A program made the translations under genes and the position numbers. A stretch of DNA of 63,325 nt, filler included, from Octopus bimaculoides (Eukaryota), in NCBI RefSeq assembly GCF_001194135.2. It is 4 parts of 3 records of this genome, joined end to end, with 100 filler letters (N's around TTAATTAATTAA, not from the genome) between each part and the next. Parts side by side here need not be neighbours in the genome. Positions count along the whole stretch, not along the records: positions 1 to 27,624 come from NC_068995.1; 3 more parts are not named here. One strand, written 5' to 3'. Shown here in pieces: positions 12,505 through 23,596 of the stretch. Under the pieces are notes generated by a model. That model was not told the DNA's origin. It was given only the letters and a program-made list of their open reading frames with translations, and ran no database searches. The stretch's first letter is position 1. Each line of letters begins with the position of its first letter.

Positions 12505-13655
12505 CAAACATCATCATCATCGTTTAACGTCCNNNNNNNNNNNNNNNNNNNNNNNNNNNNNNNNNNNNNNNNNNNNNNNNNNNNNNNNNNNNNNNNNNNN
12601 NNNNNNNNNNNNNNNNNNNNNNNNNNNNNNNNNNNNNNNNNNNNNNNNNNNNNNNNNNNNNNNNNNNNNNNNNNNNNNNNNNNNNNNNNNNNNNNNNNNN
12701 NNNNNNNNNNNNNNNNNNNNNNNNNNNNNNNNNNNNNNNNNNNNNNNNNNNNNNNNNNNNNNNNNNNNNNNNNNNNNNNNNNNNNNNNNNNNNNNNNNNN
12801 NNNNNNNNNNNNNNNNNNNNNNNNNNNNNNNNNNNNNNNNNNNNNNNNNNNNNNNNNNNNNNNNNNNNNNNNNNNNNNNNNNNNNNNNNNNNNNNNNNNN
12901 NNNNNNNNNNNNNNNNNNNNNNNNNNNNNNNNNNNNNNNNNNNNNNNNNNNNNNNNNNNNNNNNNNNNNNNNNNNNNNNNNNNNNNNNNNNNNNNNNNNN
13001 NNNNNNNNNNNNNNNNNNNNNNNNNNNNNNNNNNNNNNNNNNNNNNNNNNNNNNNNNNNNNNNNNNNNNNNNNNNNNNNNNNNNNNNNNNNNNNNNNNNN
13101 NNNNNNNNNNNNNNNNNNNNNNNNNNNNNNNNNNNNNNNNNNNNNNNNNNNNNNNNNNNNNNNNNNNNNNNNNNNNNNNNNNNNNNNNNNNNNNNNNNNN
13201 NNNNNNNNNNNNNNNNNNNNNNNNNNNNNNNNNNNNNNNNNNNNNNNNNNNNNNNNNNNNNNNNNNNNNNNNNNNNNNNNNNNNNNNNNNNNNNNNNNNN
13301 NNNNNNNNTCATTCCTTGCGAGCTTACGTATGTCCTCAGCAGTTACAGCCCATGTTTCACTGCCATGTAGCATGGCTGTTCGTACGCATGTGTCATACAG
13401 TCTGCCTTTTACTCTGAGTGAGAGTCCCTTTGTCGCCAGCAGGGGTAAGAGCTCTCTAAACTTTGCCCAGGCTATTCTTATTCTAGCAGCTACACTTTCA
13501 GCGCACCCACCCCCACTACTAACTTGGTCGCCCAGATAGCGGAAGCTATCGACTACCTCTAGTTTTTCACCCTGGAATGAGATAGAAGTTGTTTCCTGTT
13601 TGTTTACACTCTTTATTGCACCTGAACATCTGCCACAAACAAAAACTAACTTCCT
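12505..13655 (-). mobile_element. RTE-clade LINE, 3' part spanning an N gap
   Basis: 13310-13655 reads open on the minus strand: EKLEVVDSFRYLGDQVSSGGGCAESVAARIRIAWAKFRELLPLLATKGLSLRVKGRLYDTCVRTAMLHGSETW. The left gap edge catcatcatcgtttaacgtcc is the (GAT)n-type tail I associate with this family. Confidence 0.85.
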
Positions 13656-13719
13656 AGTTAACCTGCCTTACTGAAAGCTGTCTCTCATCGTCCCATCCAG
13701 TCCACAGCGTGACAGCAAC

Positions 13720-13890
13720 CGCAATTAATGTAGGCGCAATGAAAGGTAACTCCAATGAAATTGCTGAAAAACTAGAATGAAAGCATGTAGACATGTGTTG
13801 TATGCAGGATGTAAGGTGGAAGGGTTTTATTCTGTACAGGCAATAGTGATTGGATGAGAGTGGGAGAGGCATACTTTTGGCAGACACTCA
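13720..13890 (+). mobile_element. RTE LINE AP-endonuclease N-terminal fragment
   Basis: INVGAMKGNSNEIAEKLE*KHVDMCCMQDVRWKG followed by a GILLAD-like segment, matching the NVG..KG / D.CC.QE.RW start of RTE endonucleases. Confidence 0.7.
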
Positions 13891-13944
13891 GGGTTTCAGT
13901 TGCACAAGATCTTGCTGATTGTGTTGAGAATGATGAAAACTTTT

Positions 13945-14140
13945 TGAAAACATTGCGTAGATCTCTGAGCAGGTATTGCCAAACTTTTGGCAAAATTTGA
14001 TGCAGATTCTCTGCTCAACTTTCTCTGTCATGGTCAATGTGACAATCACACACTACACACCTTCCTTCCTAGCACTGCTGTAAACAGCAGAAGTGAGCTA
14101 GAATGTTAAAACTTAATGCACTTGCACAGCAGAGTTCAAG
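13945..14140 (-). mobile_element. mariner transposase 5' fragment
   Basis: ATG at 14031 gives MTEKVEQRICIKFCQKFGNTCSEIYAMF, the EQR.CIKFC N-terminal helix-turn-helix motif of mariner transposases. Confidence 0.75.
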
Positions 14141-14169
14141 GTCAATCTATGCCAAGTGGCTTCACTCTG

Positions 14170-15750
14170 TGTGCTTTAGCTTCATTGCTATGGCAACAAT
14201 CCAGATACTTATTGATCAGACCACATACACATCTTGTGTGTCCATACTTTACACTAGGTTCAGCATACAAAGTTCATGCCTTCTCCTTTTCTTATATGAA
14301 ACAAGACTTTTTACCTGAAGACACTAGTGTCCTGTTTCTTTCCTACTCACTAAAACATTAGTCTGCAAAGTTTGCTCATTCTAGGTTTAGCTTCTGTACC
14401 TGGAGTTTCCTCCTCTATTCCGTTATAGATTTGTAGTTGGAATATTCAGCAGTCTGATCACTATATCTGATGTTGTTATTTGCTAGAGTAGTACCCATGT
14501 GATCAACAAGATCTGACCAATCACAATTTTTCCTTGAACTGACTCCAGCAATAATCTTATTTTTTTCATGACTTTTTCTCTGAGTCTGTCCAACTCTATA
14601 AATTCAGCACACTTTGGCTACTAGACAGAGAGTATTGCGAGACAGCAGAGATAAGATGACAAACAGACTTGGACAGCTGCTGACCTGAGCTGACAACAAC
14701 AACCAGCAGCGAACTTGACTACTATTATAATTACACCAAGAAGAATAACAGTCAAACTCTCTCAACATTTTGATGTTCGTGGTAATGGCAGTATTTGTTT
14801 TTCTGTGTACGAAACGAATAAAAATTTTGTTTATCAAAAATTTCAACAGATTTCATCATCTTCATTATATAGATCCAACAATAAGGACCAGATCAATAGC
14901 ATATAGGAATTCCCATGGACTGCCAGTTTTACACTTTTATGATCTTTAGGAATATGATGATTAAAAGACTGAGGACTGAGCTTTGATAGACTTCTGCCTT
15001 CACACTAAATTTGTTGCTGAATGTAGTCTTTTTTAGTGATGTTTTTTTTTTTTTACAGAGTATGGTACCCAGGCAAAAGCCTTCTCTAGGTCAATGAATG
15101 GCAGCCATAGTGGCTTCTTCTAAACTATTTCTCCTGCATATGTCTCGCTTATAAGATTGTATTTGAACAGCATTTCAACTGAGATAGCCCTATGACTAAT
15201 AAACTGTGCCATAACCCTCTCTGATCTTCATAGTCTACTCCATCAATTTACTGCTTCCATAATTTTCTCTCTCTAAGTCATCTCCTTTGCTCTTGTAGCA
15301 GTTTAAAACATTACTGCTATGCTAATCATTGGGTATAATTCCTTATTATATTGCTTAACTATTTATATCTAGGTTCACCAGATATTTTGAGCACTTCAAG
15401 CAATTATCCCTGATGTTCCACTAGCTTCCCTTTTCTTCCTGTCTTTTAATCACTATCAACCACATTACTGTCAACTTGAATTGCTGGTCCTTCTTCCAAG
15501 TCAATATGAAGTTATCTCCTCTTTATCTCATGTGTTCTCATCCAACAATCTCTCATAGTAGCACTTCAATGCCTCTTTCTTGTCATCAGCAATTGCACCT
15601 TCATCATTTCTGATACACTTCTCTCTGATGATATCTCAGTTCCATCTGTCTCTCTGATACACTGTCTTGCAATCCTAGATACTTCATGTCTCTGATCCTC
15701 ATGTGTTGTGCATGCATGCATGTGTGTATATGTTTGAATGTTGATCTCTC
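14170..15750 (-). mobile_element. Old RTE LINE, reverse transcriptase region (heavily decayed)
   Basis: FSNKFSVKAEVYQSSVLSLLIII, KTGSPWEFLYAIDLV (YADD changed to YAID) and a NVLVSRK-like stretch; many stops. Confidence 0.7.
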
Positions 15751-16092
15751 ATGGTCTTACTTGTCACCAATGATTAATACTTATCTTCCTTGTTGACATG
15801 ATTGGTCAATGAGTACTTTTGAAGATCTTTGAACTAAACAAAATCCCTCACTTGAAAAACAATTACTGGATGGTCACGGATGGAATGCTTTTGATCACAA
15901 GTCTATTCAATTGTGGTTGACTTGGGGTTAGACAAGATTTCAAGAAAAAAATTTAATTATTCTAAAAATATTGACACCATACTGCGTTAGGTTCAATTCT
16001 ACACTGTGGTACACATCATACTGCTTATTAATGTATACACATCGTACAGTTGACTAGTGTATACATATTGTATAATTTATTATTGTGTTCAT

Positions 16093-16297
16093 AGGCACAG
16101 GTGTGGCCCTGTGGTAAGAAATTTGCTTCCCAACCACATGGTCCCAGGTTCAGTTCCACTGCATGGCATCTTTTGTAAGCATCTTCAGGAGGTGTTGGTG
16201 TGTTTATGTTTCCATAAGATTCATTTAACCAAAAATTCTTCAAGGCAGTACCTCACCTGGCCACAGTCTAATGACTGAAATAAGTAAAAGATAAAAG
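16093..16297 (+). mobile_element. SINE family B, internally deleted
   Basis: tRNA-like head aggcacaggtgtggccctgtggtaagaa...ggttcagttccac joined to the tail tgactgaaataagtaaaagataaaag. Confidence 0.8.
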
Positions 16298-16517
16298 CTA
16301 AAAAATATTGTACAGATTATTATGATACATATATCATACAGTTAATTATTGTGCAGTTTATTACAATACAAAGTTTATTATTGTGCACATATAGTGTAAT
16401 CTGTTACAACAACTATCACTAAAAAAATACAGGGACAGACTGGGCAGTATATTCCAACATGTTAAGGCTGTAATACTGTACCACATACAGTTAATGACTG
16501 CATGTTATAATCTGCAT

Positions 16518-16714
16518 TATGGTTTGTGTGTGGTAAGAAGTTTACTTCCCAACCATAGGGTTCCAGGTTCAATCCCACTCTGTGGCACCTTGGGCAAGTG
16601 TCTTCTAGTATAGCTATAGGATGTCCAAAGCCTTGTGAATGGATCTGATTGATGGAAACTGAGAGAAGCCTGGTACACACACACATACTTCACATACATA
16701 AATGTATGTATATG

Positions 16715-16783
<69 letters not shown>

Positions 16784-17033
16784 ATATATGTATATATACA
16801 CGTACATATCTATGTGGGTGTCTTTGTGTATGTGTTTGTCCCACACTCCTCCTTGACAACCAGTGTTGGTATATTTATGTCCCTGTACTTTAGCAATTCA
16901 GCAAAACAGACCAATAAAATAAGTACCATGCTTTAAAAATAGGTACTGGGATTGATTAGTTTGGTTAAAGCCCTTCAAGGTGGTGCCCCAGCATGTCTAT
17001 AGTCCAAGGCTGAAACAAGTAAAGGATAAAAGA
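16518..17033 (+). mobile_element. SINE family B, full length with central (TA)n
   Basis: Head gtgtggtaagaagtttacttcccaacca..ggttcaatcccac, central microsatellite, tail ggtgccccagcatg..gctgaaacaagtaaaggataaaag. Confidence 0.9.
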
Positions 17034-17127
17034 GAATACATTTGTGGAAACATAAACAGAGTACATTTGTGGAAATACCATCAGAGTACATTGTGGAAAC
17101 ATCAAAAGAGTACATTTGTGGAAACCT
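17034..17127. repeat. Minisatellite, four units of about 25 bp
   Basis: gagtacatttgtggaaac core repeated four times with short variable linkers. Confidence 0.85.
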
Positions 17128-17753
17128 AACATTTCATCTCTCTTCTGTGTACAGAAATGGCAGTTGGGAATGTAGATTTCATAACAGATTAAGAATTGTG
17201 AAGGGCAGACAAGACAAAGCTTGAACCAGTTATAGCAGAGAGTAGTTTTCAGTTTTACAAGTCTTGCTGTGACATTTGTAATTATTTTTTGAAGTCCAGT
17301 ACCACTCCAGTAGTTGTAATTGGTTCATGGTTTATAAGTGAAATAAGTCATCCTTCACAATGTCTGAAATTTGATGGAAGTTTAAAAGACAATGTTGTCG
17401 ATGGATTAAGGAAATTAATTAAACTTTTACTGGTTTAAAAGAAGGAACTGAAAAACTAGTGCAGTACAAAATGAATGGTTCTGAGTATAGAATAGAAAAA
17501 CTATGAACACACAGCAAAAGTCAATAGGGAAATCTATATGATGATGGAGTGCCATGTAGGTAAGGAGTGGGGTGAATGAATTTATCTGACAACCTAATAT
17601 TACTGCCAAACAGGAACAAATAGAAGAAATCACTGGTACTAAATCAAAAGAAATACAAACGAAACACTGTAACAATGTTAAAATTACTTTTGTCTTTGCT
17701 CAGTAAGTGTTATTTTCTATTTGCTTCTATCTAGAAATCAAAGGAAATGACTA

Positions 17754-18066
17754 CTATTTCCTTCAAACTTTGCTTTTGTGACCTGGACATCAATGCTTTG
17801 AAGCTGACCTATATTCTATTACATTTCAGACAGATTCAGTGCTAAGTTGCCGAAGAAGAAACATCATCAAAGCAAATATTCTGCTCAATACCACAGATTT
17901 GATTGACAGTTACTTGACCTTAACGACTTGAGCTTGTTCCTTAGTGGCTGACAATAGGTGCATCTCTGATCATGAGCAGGAGTAGTGGGGGAGCATCATA
18001 GCCTTGTGTTGAGGGATTGTTTGGGGGTTGAATAAATATCATAAAAGCAAAGTTTGAAGGATATAG
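17754..18066. mobile_element. Small inverted-repeat element (putative MITE)
   Basis: ctatttccttcaaactttgctttt (17754-17777) versus aaaagcaaagtttgaaggatatag (18043-18066), 23 of 24 complementary. No clear TSD. Confidence 0.55.
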
Positions 18067-18299
18067 CCAGTTTTCATACTTTCTAGGGGTAAGCAAATAG
18101 GAAATAACTGTTGCTATTCAAAGACAAAAATCATGTTACACAGTGTAATGGATCACAGTGGCTTGCAGTGGTAAAAAACGTGTGATTATCAAAAAACTGC
18201 AAAATTTTCTGGTCACTATTGTCTTCCTCTAACATGCTGAGTTCTATGTGAAAACTCTTAGTCACTTCTGCAGAGAAGAGAAAGAAAACTAAAAGACTC

Positions 18300-18730
18300 A
18301 GCTGGCAGTTTGCTGTCAGAATCATTGGCACGCTGGGCAAAATGCTAAGTGCCATTTCGTCCGTCTTTATGTACTGAATTCAAATTCTGCCAAGGTGGAC
18401 CTTACCTTTCATCCTTTCAGACTCGGTAAAATAAGAACCAGTTGAGCATTGGGGTCGACGTAATCAACTTACCCTCTCCCCCAAACTGGCTGGACTTGTA
18501 CCAAATCTTTAAAGCAATATTATGGCCTTCCTTCTAAAAGGTAGTGAGCTAGCAGAATCGTTAGCATACCTTGTAAACTGCTTAGTGGCATTTCGTCTGT
18601 CCTTACGTCCTGAGTTCAAATTCTGCCAAGGTGACCCTTACCTTTCATCCTTTCAGAGTCAATAAAATAAGAACCAGTTTAGCACTAGGGCCAATGTAGT
18701 CGATTTACCACCTTCCCCCGAACTTGAAAT
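18300..18730 (+). mobile_element. Two head-to-tail SINE family A copies
   Basis: Copies at about 18300-18520 and 18538-18730, each with gcagaatc.ttagca, ttcaaattctgccaaggt and aaaataagaaccagtt. Confidence 0.85.
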
Positions 18731-19086
18731 TGTTCTGTACTGATTGTGATGTGGCAACAGCAGGATGAAACCAATAAAGAGCTTGTACATAGTCTTTCGA
18801 CTAGCTATAGTTTCTCTCAAATCATACTTCAATGTCTTAGAAAGGGAAGGTCATAAGTAAACAATAAGACAAGGTGGTCACAACTGGAATAACTTTGGCC
18901 ATAATCCAATCGAATTAAGGCTCAACTATAACGATAGGAACATAAACTAACGAGGGTGCCTCTGTATGGTCATTAGACCTGCCAGAAATGTCCATCGGAA
19001 TCACACCCTACCGTCATTAAAAGCAGTACCCTGTCTAGATCTAAGGTAAACTATGACTAACACACACACACACACAAATTAAACTA

Positions 19087-20441
19087 TTTTTACCTCCACC
19101 AAGAAAGGAGGTAATGTTTTCATCGGCGTTGGTTTGTCCGTCTGTGTGCAAAATAACTCAAAAAGTTGTGAACGGTATTTGATGAAACTTTCAGGAAAAG
19201 TTGGTAATTACACGAGGAACAGATGATGAAGTTTTAGCAGTGGTCCGGGAATTTTTATGGATTCATTTGTTATATTTACTTTACATGAAGTATTACAATG
19301 TTACATTGTAATACTTCATTTGATTATCTCCCTTGAAAACACGTTCATCGTTTCCACGTAACTTATGGTGGCGTTGCTGTTTCCAAAGTTTATTTTCGTT
19401 TTTCTATTAGTAATTTTACTCGCGTATCTATCTTAAAATGAGCTGCTTGACAGAGGTCTGCAGAGGATGACACGACAAGCCTTGACTAATGGGATTGACT
19501 CAAAAAGCTCAGGCTTTGCTCCCTCCACCGCCGCTGTGAGCTCTATATCATCTGTATGATGTGGAAAATATTCCATCAACATTGCCCATCTTTAAAATTC
19601 GTCCGAGGCTTGGCCCCCCCGGCNNNNNNNNNNNNNNNNNNNNNNNNNNNNNNNNNNNNNNNNNNNNNNNNNNNNNNNNNNNNNNNNNNNNNNNNNNNNN
19701 NNNNNNNNNNNNNNNNNNNNNNNNNNNNNNNNNNNNNNNNNNNNNNNNNNNNNNNNNNNNNNNNNNNNNNNNNNNNNNNNNNNNNNNNNNNNNNNNNNNN
19801 NNNNNNNNNNNNNNNNNNNNNNNNNNNNNNNNNNNNNNNNNNNNNNNNNNNNNNNNNNNNNNNNNNNNNNNNNNNNNNNNNNNNNNNNNNNNNNNNNNNN
19901 NNNNNNNNNNNNNNNNNNNNNNNNNNNNNNNNNNNNNNNNNNNNNNNNNNNNNNNNNNNNNNNNNNNNNNNNNNNNNNNNNNNNNNNNNNNNNNNNNNNT
20001 CTATGCTGTAACTTTTTAATCAAAGCATGACAACGTGGGTAGAGGCTGATATCTTAACATTTCTGATGGTCTTAAGTATTAAAAAAATTATTAAAGATTT
20101 ATATAGAACTACATTCAGAGTATGTCTATAAGGTATTGTGTTTAGACCTGGTTTCTATCCTCAAACTGTTCAGTTTTGTATATGCAATTTTTTTTTTTAT
20201 AAAGCACTCCAAAATTAGAAAAATCAAAAATCTGCAACAATCTCGGTCCCACGAGTATCGGATAATGGATTTTCAACAGTGTAAAGAAACTAATTGTGGT
20301 GATAGTGGTAGGATAGTTGTGGTGGTGATTGTGATATGGTGGTAGTGGTGGTGGCGGTGGTGGTGGTGGTCGTCGTCGTCGTTGTAGTGCTGCTCCTGCT
20401 GGTTTGACGGAGGTCTGCACTGTCCGAGTGCTTTTCTAGTT
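19087..20441 (+). mobile_element. Non-autonomous Helentron/Helitron-like element (HINE type), interrupted by a gap
   Basis: 5' T-run followed by the hairpin acctcc-accaagaaa-ggaggt (19092-19112) and a gtttgtccgtctgtgtgcaaaataactcaaaaagtt body. 3' end has cggaggtct, the gcact..agtgc hairpin and ctagtt (20408-20441). A truncated second 3' motif lies near 19450. Confidence 0.65.
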
Positions 20442-20876
20442 ATTCATAAAACCACTTCTACGTGATGAGTGCGTATTATTTAGATTTCTGAGTCTGTATT
20501 ATTTAAGTTTGAAAACAAATTCTGGCCAGATTGCATCATGATAACTGGAACAAGAACAGAATTATCATAACGGAAATATATTATTTTTTGGTTGATAAAG
20601 AGAACCACCCCCAAAAAACAACAACAAAAACAACAACAACAGCGACAACAACAAAAAACTCACAAAATCTAAAATTTATTTCTGTGGTTTCCTGAAAGAA
20701 AATGATTTTTGCAAATAAAATTATTTTTGGATGAATATAAAAGAATGGTTTTCATGGGTTTTAGGTATCTGATTCTTCGGAAAATCCGAATAATTTTTTG
20801 GTAAAATACAATTACTTTCGTTAAAATCCAAAAAAAGGCTAAAATATAACTATTTTTCGTCAATAAAATCGGTATC

Positions 20877-20948
<72 letters not shown>

Positions 20949-21838
20949 TAAATATGATGGAGGAGACAAAGAATTAAAGTGAATGAAATGAGAATCGGCA
21001 ATAAAAAGAAATTGGAAGGAACTTTTTTTTTTTTCTCTGGAATTCTGAATTTTGTATTTTTCCATCTGTGGGACGATTGACAAAACACATGGATTGATCA
21101 CAACATTGAATTATCGATTAATCCCAATCGATGTATAACAAACACTATTGTAGAATGTTACGTTATCATGTGAATATCTCGTTGGAAATCATTCCTTTCA
21201 ATTAGATCCACCTTATTAATTATCTCATTCACCATTGTTAAAGGCATCTCGACTCTCCTATGTTCAGTCATTTCTTCAACATAAAAATAGGGGGGAAAAC
21301 TTTCTCTTTGACTTTGATGCCGATTATTACCAACTAGAATATTTTTAAAATTCAGTTCAATTCTTATCGATTATCACTTCTTCCACTTTCTTGTCGGCCA
21401 TTTTATGTAGTCTTATCGAAATAATGTCATAAAATAATTTATCTGGGGCATACTTCGAAGTAATGCTACAACCTTTCGTTTTGTAACCTAGGAAGACCAG
21501 CTTATGAATTTAGTTAGCAGAGATCGGTTAAAAAAAAATGAAGGTAAAATAATGTTCGGTTATTACACGACAATAAAATGAAAGTAGAATTTTGTTGGCG
21601 TCATTCTTAAAGGCAGGTCACATTTATGACATTTATAAAAAGACTTTAGAGCGAATTATCTTATTTCATAATTCCATTTCACTTTAATAAGATTAGAAAA
21701 ATGTTAGAAATTTACATTAGACATTATAACACAATAAATTCATTTTCTTTCAGATTTCCTCTACAAAGAAATCATTGTGCGTTAATCAAGTAACCTTAGA
21801 AATTCCTTTTATTGTCCTAACACACACATACAATTATA

Positions 21839-21840
<2 letters not shown>

Positions 21841-21880
<40 letters not shown>

Positions 21881-21912
21881 GTGTGTGTGTGTGTGTGTAT
21901 GTGTGTGTGTGT
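21841..21912. repeat. (GT)n microsatellite
   Basis: Direct inspection. Confidence 0.95.
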
Positions 21913-22051
21913 CTGGCCATTTGAATCTGACGAGTTACCTATACAGCTAAGCGTTTTTTAGGTGCGANNNNNNNNNNACAACAACAGACGAGGACAGGTG
22001 GTGTAAACAACAAAAGGATGTATTAGTATGACGCTCGGGAATACAGGAAAG

Positions 22052-22088
22052 TCTTTAACGTTTCGAGCTACGCTCTTCAACAGAAAGA
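22052..22088 (-). ncRNA. Minimal type I hammerhead-ribozyme-like motif with variant core
   Basis: Minus strand reads UCUUU CUGUUGA A GAG CGUAG CUC GAAAC GUU AAAGA: helix I UCUUU/AAAGA, helix II GAG/CUC, palindromic ACGU helix III. Core A6 is replaced by U. Confidence 0.45.
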
Positions 22089-22168
22089 ATACGGAGACAA
22101 GGAGAAAATATATATATGTATGCATGTATGTGTGTATGCATATGTGTGTGTATGTATATGTGTATGTA

Positions 22169-22210
<42 letters not shown>

Positions 22211-22280
22211 GGTACAGGAGGTGGTCAGACTCTGCATAGGGAGTAGACAACTACCATATATATATGTATATATATGTATA

Positions 22281-22650
22281 CGAGATGGTATCAAAAGGTT
22301 GTAGGACTAGTTATGTTTGATAGAAATAATTTATTTACCTGAGTTTTAAATCATCTCCTTTGAAAGTCACTTTGCACATCACTACATCAGTCCCAGCGTT
22401 CCCGCCACTTTTGGAATCCGGCCTGGAAGACGTTTTCTTTAAGCGAGTCGAGGACCTTCTGCGATTCGCTCTTGATCTCGACAATGGTGTTAAAACGACG
22501 ATCTTTGAGCGGCATTTTAATCTTGAGAAAGAGATGGAAGTTCGCAGGTGCTAAATCTGGCGAAAAGGGCGGGTGCGGAAGCGATAGCATGTTGTTTTTT
22601 GGTGAGAAACTCACGAGTGAAGAGGGCTCGGTGACACGGTGCATCTTCAT
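22281..22650 (-). mobile_element. mariner transposon, 3' end (rest lost in the gap)
   Basis: LPHPPFSPDLAPANFHLFLKIKMPLKDRRF..FQAGFQKWRERWD, the mariner YSPDLAP.D motif with the third Asp changed to Asn. TA at 22279-22280 followed by the TIR-like cgagatggtatcaaaaggtt. Confidence 0.9.
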
Positions 22651-23596
22651 NNNNNNNNNNNNNNNNNNNNNNNNNNNNNNNNNNNNNNNNNNNNNNNNNN
22701 NNNNNNNNNNNNNNNNNNNNNNNNNNNNNNNNNNNNNNNNNNNNNNNNNNNNNNNNNNNNNNNNNNNNNNNNNNNNNNNNNNNNNNNNNNNNNNNNNNNN
22801 NNNNNNNNNNNNNNNNNNNNNNNNNNNNNNNNNNNNNNNNNNNNNNNNNNNNNNNNNNNNNNNNNNNNNNNNNNNNNNNNNNNNNNNNNNNNNNNNNNNN
22901 NNNNNNNNNNNNNNNNNNNNNNNNNNNNNNNNNNNNNNNNNNNNNNNNNNNNNNNNNNNNNNNNNNNNNNNNNNNNNNNNNNNNNNNNNNNNNNNNNNNN
23001 NNNNNNNNNNNNNNNNNNNNNNNNNNNNNNNNNNNNNNNNNNNNNNNNNNNNNNNNNNNNNNNNNNNNNNNNNNNNNNNNNNNNNNNNNNNNNNNNNNNN
23101 NNNNNNNNNNNNNNNNNNNNNNNNNNNNNNNNNNNNNNNNNNNNNNNNNNNNNNNNNNNNNNNNNNNNNNNNNNNNNNNNNNNNNNNNNNNNNNNNNNNN
23201 NNNNNNNNNNNNNNNNNNNNNNNNNNNNNNNNNNNNNNNNNNNNNNNNNNNNNNNNNNNNNNNNNNNNNNNNNNNNNNNNNNNNNNNNNNNNNNNNNNNN
23301 NNNNNNNNNNNNNNNNNNNNNNNNNNNNNNNNNNNNNNNNNNNNNNNNNNGATCTAAAGCGCAGTGTAGTCCAAAGGGTGAATAAAAAGAAATATCGCAA
23401 ACAATGCAATATAGTTAATTACACCGCCCTTAATGTGAATTTTATCCTCTCTATCATCTTCGTATATTGTTCCGAACTCATAATGTTGAAACGAACCTTT
23501 GTTTATCATTTCAATGTCTGTTCTATCAAAAGCGAAACCATTTTTTTTCGAGTACTTGATAACACCACGATGTCAAATTTTATTGATTTTTAAGAG

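Noticed and set aside
17034-17127. CRISPR-like repeat-spacer appearance
   Set aside because: Linkers are only about 6-8 bp and similar to each other, there are no cas genes, and the context is eukaryotic; it is a minisatellite.
21360-21404. Strong start context aaaATGGCC on the minus strand (MADKKVEEVIIDKN*)
   Set aside because: Stops after 14 codons and I see no splice donor before the stop.
21927-21955. Possible third hammerhead (CUGACGA-GUU..AGC-UAAGCGUU)
   Set aside because: GAAA is replaced by UAAG and helix I does not pair; too degenerate to call, although a decayed copy cannot be excluded.
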